DNA of 64,000 nucleotides from Epiperipatus broadwayi (GCA_028023455.1 JAQFVV010000006.1:13702001-13766000); one strand, 5' to 3'; shown: positions 25,081 through 38,764, counted from the first letter of the stretch. Numbers and translations: made by a program. Notes: generated from the sequence alone by a model not told the origin.

Positions 25081-26984
25081 TCAGTAGGTGACTCCAGAAT
25101 AGGTTGAAGAAATCTGCTCTTGGATTTAAATCTTAGTCATTTGCGCTTACAGTTTTGTTTTCGTAGATGGAACCGTCACTTTGGACTAAAGTATTTTCTT
25201 CATTCTAATCGGTAGAGTTTTTCAATTTTTGCGAGAAATTTGTCACCAGAAAATGAAAGTTTGTAAGAAAGTACTGTTTTTTACTTTGGAAAATGATCTG
25301 GCATATTTGCATTAACATATTAATCTCAGCAGAATTAGGGCAACTTTAACTGCCTTTGTTTTTACTGTTGAAGCAGTAGGATGGAATAATGGGTCAAGTT
25401 TGATGAGGATGAAGCTTATGTTTTAAAAAAATATCAGTGATAGGAACAAAAGATCAATTTTTTAAATGATGTTTTTTGATAGAATTCATAATAACTAAGA
25501 AAAAAAAAAGGATGATGCTAATCCCAGTAGTGATCATGGGAGATTGAGCATCATTTATTTTTGAACAATAATCCTCATTGATTGAATTTTTCAGTACCAG
25601 AAGACCAAGAATATACATGTAGGTAACTTTTCCTCTGATGAATTATGAGAAATATTGATCTTAAATCTTGGATCTTAGCAGATTTTTCATCAATTGCGCA
25701 TTGATAAATAGGTGAGTGATAAGAAGCCGTGGTGAGAGTTCAAGATTCTAAAACAAAGTAGGTGCCATTTTGATTTCCAGAAATATACAGCAACTTTTTT
25801 ATTAATATCCAACGATTATGATCAGTATCAATGTATAAAGAGCTGAAATATCTTAGTATGAAATGTTAATAGTCCTAACTTCAAATTATTGTGATTTTTT
25901 TTTTAGCAATTAATTTATAAATTGGCCTTTGTAAAAATGCTAAAGATCGATATCTAAAAATTTTGGCTTACATATAGGAAAATATAAAGGCTTTGCTTGT
26001 CAATATCTGTCTTATTAAAAACTTTTGCATTTTTATTATGGGGGATCCACATATTGTTAAAATGTTACTGATTGTCATTTCTATTACCTGTGAATTTACA
26101 ATCTCTAGTATTGGCAATATTGTTATTACTATTTATGAGAAGTAAATGTTTTTTAAAAGAATAAAAAGGGTTCTTAATTTTTTTGCAATGTGAAACTGGA
26201 GATCTAAGAAATAAATGTCTTTGATGATCATTTGTGCATAACGTTGATTATAGAATGATATTATACTGTAAATTCCTGTGGACATATGCACCATTAAAAT
26301 CTATTGCAATTTATCATTTAAGTCTTACAATTACATATGGAGAGATTTTGTGTGTCAACAATATGCATTGTCACATCTGGATTTTCATGTAGTCACTGGT
26401 CATTTTAAAACTGACTATAAATTAGATGATTAAATATTTTGGTCATGAAATGGGTGATTTTGCATAGCAACAATTTGGTATGTTACATCACGGCCGTGAT
26501 AAATTGAGTATTTTGTTTATGTATTGGGTGATGATTTCACACACTAACAGTGTGATACGTTGCATCTGGTTTTCTATAACGCATAGTGGCCTGGGAAAAG
26601 TTAGCATCTTAGGAAGAAATGGAACATATCAATGCATATTGATTAACTATGTTATGATTTTGACAACAGTATTCATATATTAACCTGGACAAAATTTCTT
26701 TCTGAAGTTTAATAAATTGACAAATAGAATTTCACCGAGATGGAGGTGAAGGAGAATCACATCAAGTTATGTAAAAAAAAAATTTTCACACTGCAAAATC
26801 TATTTTTGAAGTTAATTTCTCAAATAAATTGAGTAAAAGTCACATAGGAAAAAATATCCAATGTATATATCAGCCATGTTTCTTTTAATGTAGCAATTAA
26901 AAAAGATTTGGTGCTTCAAACATCGCATTTGTTTTGATAAAATCGAAACAAATGTGATATATTATTATGTTTTGTAATAAATAC

Positions 26985-27205
26985 TGTTAAACCACCAAAC
27001 ATCACATGATCACCATCTCATCCTAGCACATAATTGTTGTAAACAAAGGCAAAACTCTCCATACAGTAACGCCACCTTGTGCTAACAAGAGTAATCAATG
27101 GATAGTAGGCACTAGATAGGGATTTTATGCACAAGCCTTCTGGCATCCATTGATTACTCTTGTTAGCACAAGGTGGCACTACTGTATGGAGTTTTGCCTT
27201 TGTTT
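26985..27205. repeat. Family A fragment forming a near-perfect ~62-bp-arm palindrome
   Basis: 27041-27103 and 27145-27205 are near-exact reverse complements. The left part runs across the monomer end-to-start junction. Confidence 0.85.
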
Positions 27206-28269
27206 AATAAATACTTTTAATCCTAATCATAGATAATATGGAAGTGCATTAATTGTTGAGAATCAATTGAATCACAATCTTGAATCTGATGCGTATGGTT
27301 TTTCCTGTAGTGTATAGTGGTCCAAAAAAAGTCATGTTCGACTAGTTGTGTTTTTTTTTTAAAAAAAAACAGAAAATTTTACTGATTGGGACATGCCAAC
27401 GAAGGCCAGATGCGACTGATCACAGTTGCAATTATTTGTCATAAAATAAAAAATATGCATTCCCTTATGCATTTAATCCCTTTTGATGTTGCATTTTAGT
27501 TTTCATCAGTTAAAAGATCTTGTCATATAGATTTTTTTCTATTTTGAAGCATTATTGATCATTTTATCACAAAAAGGTCTGTCGATTCAGATGATTGCTA
27601 CTGAATTTTCGACAGCGAAGATGGAATTGCGCATTACTAAGAATATTTTCTATTTATCTCATATTTAACTACAATACTGATAACAATTACACTAATAAAT
27701 TTTTAATTCGATCCTTATAGTAATTGTGACCTAAAGGATTGTTGCTTACTTTTTATGACATATTATTATTCACATTGCAAATTTTATAGATATTATTTTG
27801 TATAAAATGTCACAGATATTAGGTTGAATAGTAATGTTTCTAGTGAATACATAGATGTAATTATTTCAATATTGAGAATTAGTAATTTATATTCTAAAAA
27901 AGTGCATTTAAGCATTCTCTATTAGATTTTTGTGAAAATAAGAGTGTTATATATATAATAATCAAATTCTGAATTATAAACTACAAGGCTCATAGGACTG
28001 GCTTCAGGGGAATTCCTTTTGTCTGCATTTATGTTTAATATTAAAAGTTAGCCTTGAGAATATGCATTGGTAGTTTAAAGTGTATAAATCTCCATTTTAT
28101 TGGAGGCATGTCACTTTAAATATGCTTTTGGTTCTCTGTGTAATTCATTGCTTTCATATATTCTCATGCTGGTAGCATCAGTCTTAGAAATGATCTTAAT
28201 ATTAAATAGAAATAATCATGACTCTTATGATCTTGACTAATACATAGTAATGCTATTATATCAATATCC

Positions 28270-28860
28270 AGTACTTCCATATATTCAGACTAGTTTCTTT
28301 GCTTGGGTCTTTATTGATGAGGGATTTGGATTATAGTGCATCTCTTACCCAGCAGTCACCTTTTCCTTTTTTTTATTATCAAGAAAACAGCCTGAAATGT
28401 AAAACTTTTAAATTCAAGCATGAGATCAGAGTGCATTACTCCAAACTCCTTCCTTTCAATTGATGATACAACTTTTTTACTGGTCAGGGAATACTAATAT
28501 AATAGCACTATCATCTATGACTCATTGATTTATTATGATAGCTCGAGTAATCTGAAGAGAATTGCTCCAAACAGCATTCGTTAGGTGCAAGTCTATATGA
28601 TGGTTATTGATTTATACCATCGTAGCTAAAAGGTTGAAAGGTCTTTATTATAAAGAGGATACTAAAGTACTGTATGCAATTATTGGTCGTGTCAGATTTA
28701 TATAATTTTATAAGCAGATTGGCTTGGATTCAAAACATTAATGTGTTCAGGGCTTTTACCCTTATGAAAAAGGTGGATGCTGGACGAGAGAATTGATTCA
28801 AATTCCTCTCTAGCAAAAGTCATAAGCCAGAAACTAATCTAGGAATAATGAATAGGATAT
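28270..28860. mobile_element. Degenerate family A fragments
   Basis: CAGACTAGTTTC (minus-strand hammerhead remnant, ~28287) and CATAAGCCAGAAACTAATCT (plus, ~28821). Confidence 0.5.
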
Positions 28861-28899
28861 GAATAAAATAGAATTTCCATCCAATGTTCATTAATTAAG

Positions 28900-29520
28900 C
28901 AAGCTTACAATAGATAGCTCTAGAACGAAGAAAACGTTCCCATCAGCATTTGATTGGTTCAGTCTTTTCTGCTATTGATCTTTTATAACTGGATAATTTT
29001 CCGACTTTGATGTTTCTAGTGCTAAGATTGGTAGAACTGCAGTTGCTTTAGATTTTTTCTAATTTTTATGTTTGCTAAGTATGCATGATATCGTTGACTT
29101 GTATTTATACGTTGGACTCTTTCCATTATGATAAATACAACTAAAATGCCGTCATCACAGATCTTTAGGCAAACCCTAAACATCATCGGCTTTGTTCTGT
29201 TTATGAAACAAAATGCAATTTTTTTGTTATTTAATGTAGTTTGGTAACTTTGATAGTATAGTTTCAATTCTGATGCTTTTTGTATCGCCTGAATTGATGA
29301 TAAAATTTCTCTTAGTGTTTTTTTTTTTTTTAAGGTTTCGTTGATTTTGATTCACGAGACCAGTTGTTTGCATTACTCCTTCGCTTAATCTCTGGGTCTA
29401 AATCTTTACATAGTTTATAGAAAAGTATTATCTCTCTCTCTAGGAGTAGAAGTACCAAAAAGCTTTAGAATGGTTTTCCTAATTTGGACATCAATATTTG
29501 TGCTAAAATAAACATCCTAA
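28900..29520 (-). mobile_element. Mariner-type transposase remnant
   Basis: Minus-strand peptides DPEIKRRS.. (29341-29400) and KPMM..CDDGILVV..INTSQRY match mariner YDPETKRQS and KVM..VFWD..GIL..TINS.YY. Multiple lesions. Confidence 0.55.
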
Positions 29521-31738
29521 AACATCATGTTTTAGTACTGACCTTATGAATTTTTATTTAGTATACCTACCGTATAAATGATTCTTCTCAATTTATCTTT
29601 AGAAATTGATTGTTTAAATGTTTGATGTCCATTCAAAGAATCGATTATATTTTAATATGCTTACCTTTTACCTACTAGTGTTTTAGGCACCTGTTCATGG
29701 TCATCTTATTTTTTACATCTTCAAAAAAGGGCTTGTTTGTTTCAATTCCTAAATTAAAAAAAAAAAACTACTTAATTTTCCAGATTTGGATCACATGGTA
29801 TTTAATCATATTTTATCTTTTACGCAATATTGTGTAGTTGGTAAGTGGCCAACTTGGGATCGAAAGGTCCTAGGATCGATTCTGGCACTCACAACTTCTT
29901 AACGAAAGTCCAGAGTAATAAAGCCATTAGTATTTTTTCCCCTATATGATCAGATTTCAGAAAAGGATTGGATATTTAAGAAATTGACAGTTTGAGTATA
30001 GAAATACTCCAGTTCGTATCTGTCCAGGCAATTATTGGTTTGAGGAAAATAAAGGTAATGTTCCGACTCTTCCGTGCTCTTCAACAATCATCAGATTTAA
30101 ATATTAGAGATCTCTAATTGAAATCACTACCCTCGAGGCTTTTCTCCACGAAGAGAAATGCTTAATATTCTCCAGATTGTGATACTAATTTGACGTCTAA
30201 AGGTGTACCTGAATAAAAATCTTTCAAAAGATAACCTATTGAGACAAAAGAAATTCTATTTTCAATTCTTTTATTTTATTTTTGAATCGTAGATTGTTTA
30301 CTATGTGTTATGTCTTAATCCTATTTTAATTTCCTATCTGTTTTTCATTTGCTGTCTTTTATAGTAAATGTCCCATTATGGTATTTGCCAGAGCAGTTAC
30401 ATTTTGCCATTGGGTTCTGCAAATGACATAGTTCTCTTTGATAATGAACAAGATATGAATATTACTCATACGTGTGGAAAAAGATGGATAAAGAGTATAA
30501 TAAAGAAAATCGAAGCTACTGATAACTGAGTGCAAAGTGAAAAAAATACTGCTTAAAAATAGAGCAATAAATTTGGAGATTAAAATTCGTAATAAAAGGA
30601 TGCTTAGAAGTTGACACTATTTTCTTATAATAGATAGTTTGAGAGGAAACCAATCTTTTAGATATGTGCTATTGATATATATTAATTTGCTTGTGATGAA
30701 ATAGCAGATGTTAAAAGGTTTGTTTCTTCTCACATGATTTACATATATGGCTCGTTAATACATTAATTATAATAATGTAAAATATTACAAAAAAGGAGTA
30801 GCTGTACTTGAACCCATAGTAATAAAGCAATGTATATATGAATTATTGATACTATTGAATAAGATTCAAAAACATAGTATATGCGCTTGAAGGAATATAT
30901 ATGGACAATAGATGAAGTTATACAAAGCAAAAAGGATAAAAGAATGGGAACAAAATTGTTCAAATACTTTTTAATTGGAAGGGATGTATGACAAATTGAT
31001 TAAGATGGATTTGAAAATTTACAAAAAAAAACAATCCGGAATGAACATGTCAAGAGGTAGAAAATTTGTTAACAAAAGCTATAAAAATGTAAAAAGCATA
31101 GATATGCTAGCAAAACAAGATCATTATTGTAGTTTAAGACATTCAGTATAACGATAGAAATAAATTATTATTTAGGACTAGAGCACATACATATAAGAAA
31201 TGAAATCGTATATACAATGAAAGGAAAGATTATGATAGTTTTTAGAAGTTAGGTGAGAAAATAACAAAAATTAGAAATCATGGAGAAAACAGGATTTTTG
31301 AGAAAATATAAAGTAATTAGAAATAATGGTTAATAAATAAAGTTTTATTGCTCGGGAGTTTATAAGAACATTGAGCACCAAAAATGTCACACTGATATTG
31401 ATCAGAGAATTTTATGCTTCGTAGTCTGATACTCCACTGCTAAACCATATGGAATAGACATGATGTTTGTATAGTATGTGTAAATTAATAGTTAGAGGTT
31501 AATTCTTATAAAAAGTAGCTACATTATATTGGTATAAAACTTACTGTTTTTGTTAAAGGAAGAAATCAATTTACTTCACCATTGTATATCACTTAATTTC
31601 TTAATATCTATGTATATGTAAGTTATAATCGTTTTTATTATTAACTTGTAATATTATTTTTTAAATATATTAAGCTAATATGTGTAGTATTAGACCTGCT
31701 GTGAAATATCACAGCAGTTCTAATATTAAAGCCTATAA

Positions 31739-31785
<47 letters not shown>

Positions 31786-32067
31786 TTTTTATAAATATTT
31801 ACCCCCCCCACATATTATTAAAAAAATTAAAAAATATAAAATCAAAAAAATCCCCAAAAAAAATTAAAAAAAAAATTTGAAAATTTAAATTTTAAACATT
31901 TTTAAAAATCAACTTTTTGTTTTTATACGTGTATATTAATGCTAAAAGATGAAAATATAATTTTATATGAAATTTTACTCACTGAAAATAATCAGTCTGT
32001 TTTCCCCTCTATATGCTAAAAAAATAATTGAATTTACTTATTAATTCATCTCATATATTGATTCTAG

Positions 32068-32146
32068 GTGATTGGAAGTTCTGGTATTCCGTATGTGTGT
32101 TATGCTAGTAGTTATTATTGTTCCTGCCCAGCATATAAATTTTCAG
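32068..32146 (+). CDS. ZSWIM7: ZSWIM7 exon 5 (SWIM zinc finger CxC)
   Basis: Encodes VIGSSGIPYVCYASSYYCSCPAYKFS; the SWIM motif YCSCPAF is recognisable. Confidence 0.93.
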
Positions 32147-32265
32147 GTTTGAAAATTTTTTTCTCAAATAAAATTATAGCATTCAGAATAGAATAATAAT
32201 GAATAATCTTATTTACTTATTGCACATTTTAGCAATTCAAGTCTTTTTATTTTAATCTGTTTTAG

Positions 32266-32291
32266 TCTTGAAGAAAAGCGACCATATTATG
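32266..32291 (+). CDS. ZSWIM7: ZSWIM7 exon 6 (26-nt microexon)
   Basis: tttAG|TCTTGAAGAAAAGCGACCATATTATG|GTAATT gives (V)LKKSDHIM. Confidence 0.88.
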
Positions 32292-32438
32292 GTAATTTCT
32301 TTTACTGATTTTATTAATGTACAATTATAAAAATGTTTTATAGTGCATGCATTTTCTTTTCCATTTTTATGTATTGTTTTTAATATATAAAAACATTTTA
32401 GAAAATTTTAATCTTTTTTTTTTTCCAATTCTCTATAG

Positions 32439-32543
32439 TGTAAACATGTTCTGGCAACCCGACTGAGTTACGCCATGGGCAATTACCGTACAATTACGCT
32501 TTCGGATGAAGAAGTAACTAACATGATTATTGGAAATGATTAG
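32439..32543 (+). CDS. ZSWIM7: ZSWIM7 exon 7 (SWIM CKH, stop)
   Basis: Encodes CKHVLATRLSYAMGNYRTITLSDEEVTNMIIGND*, TAG at 32541-32543. Confidence 0.92.
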   Translation, partial: CKHVLATRLSYAMGNYRTITLSDEEVTNMIIGND

Positions 32544-33063
32544 TTATTTTATTTATTAGATATAAATATTATTATCAAACATGATTCAAATATGAAATGA
32601 AACCTTGATGTTTAGTCTGTAGCTTATCTATACATAGATTATAATATTATAAATTATTTAAATAATGCCTTTCTTTGAAAAAGTTGCATTTCATACGAAT
32701 AATATGTAAATATTTTTGAGATGCATATTTGAATCAATATACTATAATTTTTCATCTAATGTAGATACAACATATCAATAATTGTAGTTTTAATATTATT
32801 ATTACCATTTATATGTACATTTTTATTTCCAAAGAAAGTCAATAAATGTCACGACATAAAGTTTAAAACCGAAGTAAACAAGTTTGCAAATTAAAGAAAA
32901 TATTTATTTCCTCAAATTAATGAATATCATTCATATACTTAATTTCCACTAGAAGGAACAGGACTATTTGATGAAAGTATTAATTTTTATCAAAATATTT
33001 GTTTCTTTTGTTTAAAACCTCAGGGTTTTGTGCTTAAGCATTGTTCTTCCTTACATGTGAAGG

Positions 33064-36010
33064 ATGAATTCTGTTGACACAATTATCAAAGGAATTGAAA
33101 GAGATTCAAACTCCAATATAGAAAATCTGGAGAGAAATATAGAGGCCATTTGCAAACCTAAGAAATCTAATGAATTCCAAGGAAATAAAGAATTATCTGT
33201 AAAACCAATGATTTCCATGAATGAAAGATTTGATAAAGTCATGGATCAACCTTCCATCAACTTAGTTCTCCAAGCTTGCAAAGATCCCCCTAAAATTTTG
33301 GACCCCAGAGAGTTCGTGAGGGATGGAAAAATGAGTATAAGCAAGAATTATAGCGTGAATAACGCAATAATACTGCAAAGGGCTCAAGTTAACATTGGAA
33401 AATCAAAGAAAAACACTAAAACTTACAGTAAAAATGAAGATATGTATGGAAATTCACCTCCAAAAAACAAATTATTGTCCGATGAAGTCAATCCAAGCAG
33501 TCTGGTGCATAAGGAAGAGGGCCTGAAGGTAGGGGAGTTTCCAGCTTTATTCTCTTACAGTAAAAAAAATCCTAATAATTTTTTAACAAAAGATAACCCT
33601 ATTAATCCTAACATAGATATAGATAATTTTAATAGTATTCCTGTAGATAACTATAATTATTCCACTCCCTTTGTCCCACAGAGTCTTGATCAAAATAAAG
33701 AGACCTGTAAAATATATGCTGAAATTTTGCAAAAGTCTAATAATAAAAATATCTCTATTTCTTGTTATGATTCACAAAATATGCCTGATCTTTTCGATTT
33801 TCTGGAGGATGACTGTACAGGGCCTGATAATAATGGGATGCCTAATATGGACATATCTTTTCCTAGGCTAAATCAAGTGGAATTAAAAAATATTATAGAT
33901 GATTTTAACTCTACTATTTCACCACAATTGCATCGATCCTTTCAAAATTATGTGAATGAAAAAACTCTAATTTTTGCTGTCACCAATCAAAATAAAGACT
34001 TATTTAAATTTCCAATTGATCAATTTTGTAGCCAAATTACAGAAAAAAATTTATGGATTCACGTGTACAAGATAATATATCATCCAAACAACCGTTATGT
34101 AATTGTGGAATTTCATGACCCTACTCGGAAGCAAATTTTCCAAGGGGCGATCAAATTTGTCGATAACAAAATTTTATGTACAATCGACATGAATAGGCCG
34201 GTGATGTGGTCTGGCCATATTCGAAATTGTTACGTTAGTTTTAATCAATTTGATCTTCAGAAGATCCTTAAACCTTATGGAATAATATCAAATTTTAGAT
34301 ATGTCCTTGAGAAGAGGGCGAACATTCCTGTGCTCACAAATTCCGTGTTGTTTTCAATCACCCTTAATAAAGGGGTCTCTCCTGGAGACATTCCTACTAT
34401 TCACTGTGCAGAGTCTGGCCGTCTAATAATATCCTTTTGGGGCGTTCCGCCACTGTTTCCACTGCAGATTGAGGTCTCATCTTGTCAAGGATTGTCCCTC
34501 AAAGATGTGCCCGAATTGTAAGCTTAGGAAGACTAGAATGCATAATTGTAGTGCTGGGTCTGGTCAAAAGAGGGAAACTTTTATATCAAATCAAGAGGAA
34601 AGTCTACTGTCACAACCCATTAACCCTGAGTTACCACAACCTTCAGAACAATCAATTCATACTATTCTACAGCCATTGGAAAAAACTCCTTGGTTATCGA
34701 TGAGTTCTGGCACAGATTCAAATTTGAACATGATGTTAACAGAGTCTGCAGCCATGCCTGCTGCTAAATATAAGCGGAGGGCCAGCGGGCAAAAAAGGGT
34801 AACCAGCAGCTTCCTTCACAGCTCGGGAGTTCAGGAGTCGGGAAAATTGAGTAGGGTTTCCTCAGATTCTGATTCACTGGACAGGAATATAAAAGGAAAG
34901 AAGCATAGTACCAGTGACCATAAAGAAGGGTCATCTGGGCCCATGCATTTGCCTATTTTTGATAGTGTTGAAAAGTCTGATCAGGTGTTTGTGTTAATGG
35001 ACAAGCAGATCATAGAGCAGTCATCGATTCTTGTCAAGATTCTTGAAGTGAGGGATACACAAAAAAGTGGGCACACCCTGGACAGGAATATAAAAGGAAA
35101 GCCTAGAACCAATGACCATGGAGAAGGGTCATCTGGGTCTATGCATTTGCCTATTTCTAATAGTATTGAGAAGTCTGATCGGGTGTTTACATTAATGGAC
35201 AAGCAGATCATAGACCAGTCATCGATTCTTGTCAAGGTTCCTGAAGTGAGGGATGCACAAAAAAATGAGCACTTTAATGATGGGGACTTAGAATATAAGG
35301 AAAACGAAAATGACAATTCGGAACTGGTGGAAGACGAGGAAAGCGAAAGTGACTTAGAACATAAGGAAAACGAAAATGACAATTCGGAACTGGTGGAGGA
35401 CGAGGAAAGCGAAAGTGACAATTCTAAACTAATGGAGGACGATCGAGAATCCTCAGATCTTGATGAGCTGGATGAACCAGGTTACAGTGGGGACTTAGAA
35501 CATAAGGAAAGCGAAAGTGACAATTTAGAACTAATAGAGGACAAGGAAAGTGAAAGTGACAATTCAAAACCGGTGGAGAATGATATGAAATCCTCGAGTC
35601 TTGAGGAGGTATTTGAACCAGTTCACAAGGTGTTTTTTAGCCAAAATTGATATCTAGTTATGGATGATAAATACAAAGGTAGATGGGGACAGAACAGGTT
35701 TGAAGTATGGTTACGGCTTGTCATCGCTCGGCATTTAACAATGGAGGATTTTGAATGTAAGTCGCAGCGGAATCATTTAAGAATCTTGATTAGAGGTGGA
35801 ATACTTATGGAAGGAATGCTTCAGCATGAAATTCTCCCTGAAGAGACCGTGTTGTCTACTGCTTCACAAAGAGGAGCCTGGATGTTGGGCATTTCGCTGC
35901 AGCCTGCCACGGGGGACAAATGGACTAGTTTTTTGGGGGAAAGGGGCACTGTGAGTTTTGACATCCTTGATAGTTTTGACTATTGGGATCCAGAGTTTTG
36001 CCAATGCTAA
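33064..36010 (+). pseudogene. Tx1/L1-type ORF1-like (RRM-RRM-CCHC, ZCCHC3-like) reading region with one frameshift and one in-frame stop; no ORF2
   Basis: The 485-aa ORF ends in an RRM-like fold ..ISFWGVPP. The +1 frame continues CFHCRLRSHLVKDCP (CX2CX4HX4C) into the 393-aa ORF. After TGA 35648-35650 the same frame continues into the 116-aa ORF to 36010. Confidence 0.7.
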
Positions 36011-38314
36011 CTTGCTTCTTGGTGTCCAAGTGTAACCTTCATATTTATTGACTGTTTTATAAGCCACTTTGAAATTATGATTATTGTGTTATTGCTATAT
36101 AATTATTGTTTCATGTATACAATGTAATTACTCTTTTGAAGTGTAGTTGAACCTTACTTATGTATTTCTTAAGCCTGTTAATAATTGAATTAATATTTTT
36201 TATATAATGTTCCATTTTATATCTGTTTTGAACCAGATCAGGGGCTGTAGGCTGAGAAGTGTTTTTTTTTTTTTTTGCTTGCTGCCTTGCCTTTTGGCGT
36301 CAAGTGTAACCATCGTACTTATTAACTCAATATTATCAGCCACTTCAGTTTTGTACTAATTACACACTTTGTATTTGACTGTTAATTGTATGCTTGTTAA
36401 TTTTCGTTGTACTTGACCTTGATTGTGAATAAACTTTTTTTTGAAAGATCATTTATATACTTTCCATTTGCCATATACTGAAGGATAATAACTTTCATTT
36501 TTTATATAGTGTATTTTAAATTGAAATATGGTATCAATTCCAATTGTGGTTCATTGTTTAACACACTATCATTTTATTAGCATATCTTACTATGCTACAA
36601 AATCTTAGCCTTTAATAAATTGAATTGACAATAAAATGCAAAAGCATGCTACAAAAAAAGTGAAATGAAAAAATTGCAATCTAAAAATATGTTCTAACAT
36701 TTGAAATGAAAATCTAAATAAATGCAAAATAAAGAATGAATGAAACAATCACCTATACTATGAAGAATAATGCAGTTGCTCACAGACAAGTATAGCCTTT
36801 ATTATTGTAAATGTAAACCAATCTATGAACCAGAAATATAGTTAATCTATTACATGCTAGTCTTTGTTTGATATCTTGCAGTGCTTTAAACTTCTGCAAA
36901 CATTACTTTTTGAAAAACATCTTCTTGATTGTAATTCTCCAATGTATTCTATTCTTACATAACCTTCCAAAGAAAACAGTCAACATATTTTTTTTTAGGA
37001 AAACAATTCTGCCCACTTCTTATGCCCACATCTAACAAAGACGTGCCCTCATAACAATAGATTCAGTAACATCATATTTAGTAAGCTGAAGAGCATACAG
37101 TTTTATGATAGTCATGTTTAAATAAACTTTTTCAGTGATGTAGTTACATTGATAGGGTAACCCATATCTTCCTTTTATACAATAGCTTGGATAAAGTAAT
37201 AGCCCTATAATCAACTATTTTTAATATGAAAAGTATTCCTCTACGATGAAATGTTGTTTTTAGCTTGTTAAAAGTAGCAACAGCGTAATTTGAAATTGTA
37301 TTCCATTTTAATACTGAAGTTTGCTTCTCGGCCTTGTTTAAATTAATTCACATTTCCAAGTTTTATAATTATCTAAAGATTTCTTCAGATTATCTTCTAT
37401 AACTAATTTCATTCATGCGATTAAAATCACTCTATAGGTCAATGGCAGACAAACTAGCTGCCAAAAATAATCTTAGCAGGTCCCGAGACAATATTGATTT
37501 TCATTGCCATTTTTTTAAAACTTTTATAGTTGTATACTGTGTTTATTTTATATAAAGTAAAATTCAGATACTTTGGAACTTTAAATTTGTATCTTGTAAA
37601 TAGTACACCTCAAAAGGATTTATAAACATGGATTTAATGATCATATTTGGTTGGCCACTTCCAAGCTTCTTAAAACAACTTTGACATTTTATCAGTTAAA
37701 TTTTAAACTATTAAATGTGCAAGTGAAAACTTTAAATGAGTAGAAATTAAACATATTCTTTGAGGAGTAGGACTATTATAGTTATATTTTTTATCAGTTG
37801 TAAATCCAGAGTTAAAACCCCTCTTTTTATATATATATAAGAAACATTCAGTATACGCTAATTACATTCTCCTTAGAATTAAACATAATTTGAAAATATT
37901 TTTTGGAACTCTTGAATATTAAAAATATAAAAGAATTGTGTGTGACTCTTATTATTGAAAAACTTGACCGCTCCAGCTCATTTAAACAAATGAAAACAGC
38001 ATTAGGATACTAAATGTAGAATTATAAAAACTGTTCAGCTGACTTTACATATTATATTAAGAAACAAGCATGCAGTTTCAATGACAAATTGATTCTAATC
38101 TGTATTAGAAATTTCACGTTTTCTCCCATGCTATTATTGCCGAGTTCAGCGTTTTTACATTGGATGTATTAATCATCTATGCAAACAAAAACCACCCAAT
38201 CATTTATTTATTGTATCTCCATTGAAATCATCTATGCCAGGGGTATTAATCATATACGCAAACAAAAACCACCCAATCGTTTATTTATTATATCTCCGTT
38301 GAAATCATCTATGG

Positions 38315-38764
38315 CAGGAGTGGCCAACAAGTCGATCATGATCCACCAGACGATCACAAAGCCAATTTTGGTTGATCGCAAGGTCAATCTGGCAAGAGCT
38401 GTCAGGTAACGAGTGAAGCAAATTAAGTCAAGATTTAAGTTTTTTTGTTTTTGTTCTAAATTTTTTTTCAATTCTAGATAGGTGGAGTCCACCAACTCGT
38501 ATCATTTATTGAAAATAATATTTTTAATCTTGACTTAATTTAGCTAATTTGAATTAATAAATAATTAATAATTACTCATGTTGCTTTAATCCCCCCTCCC
38601 CCAGACACGTTTTTTGGCCTGTTAAGTAATTAATTTTTACTAGGTAGATATATAAAAATAGTATGTATTTCACACCTCCCTCCACTTAGATTATACCTAC
38701 GATAATAAGTCGATCACCTATGGCAACAAGTCGATCTTATAAACACAAAAGTTGGCCACCCCTG
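38315..38764 (+). mobile_element. hAT-derived MITE
   Basis: TIRs CAGGAGTGGCCAAC / GTTGGCCACCCCTG; 8-bp TSD ATCTATGG / ATCTATGC (7/8 match). Confidence 0.85.

Noticed and set aside
31730-31900. ORF 31680-31880 and long A/T homopolymer tract
   Set aside because: Low-complexity K/F-rich translation of homopolymer runs; it looks like low-quality or poorly polished sequence, not a gene.
34432-34453. Programmed +1 frameshift in the ORF1-like region
   Set aside because: A slippery UCC_UUU_U is present, but the 0-frame FWGVPP matches the usual pre-knuckle motif, so an indel at ~34453 is the simpler explanation.
34981-35421. 146-aa Ser-rich minus ORF
   Set aside because: Antisense of the acidic repeats of the ORF1-like region.
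35648-35650. UGA as selenocysteine or programmed readthrough
   Set aside because: No SECIS recognised, and the context is UGA-UAU rather than UGA-CUAG; a nonsense mutation or sequencing error is more likely.
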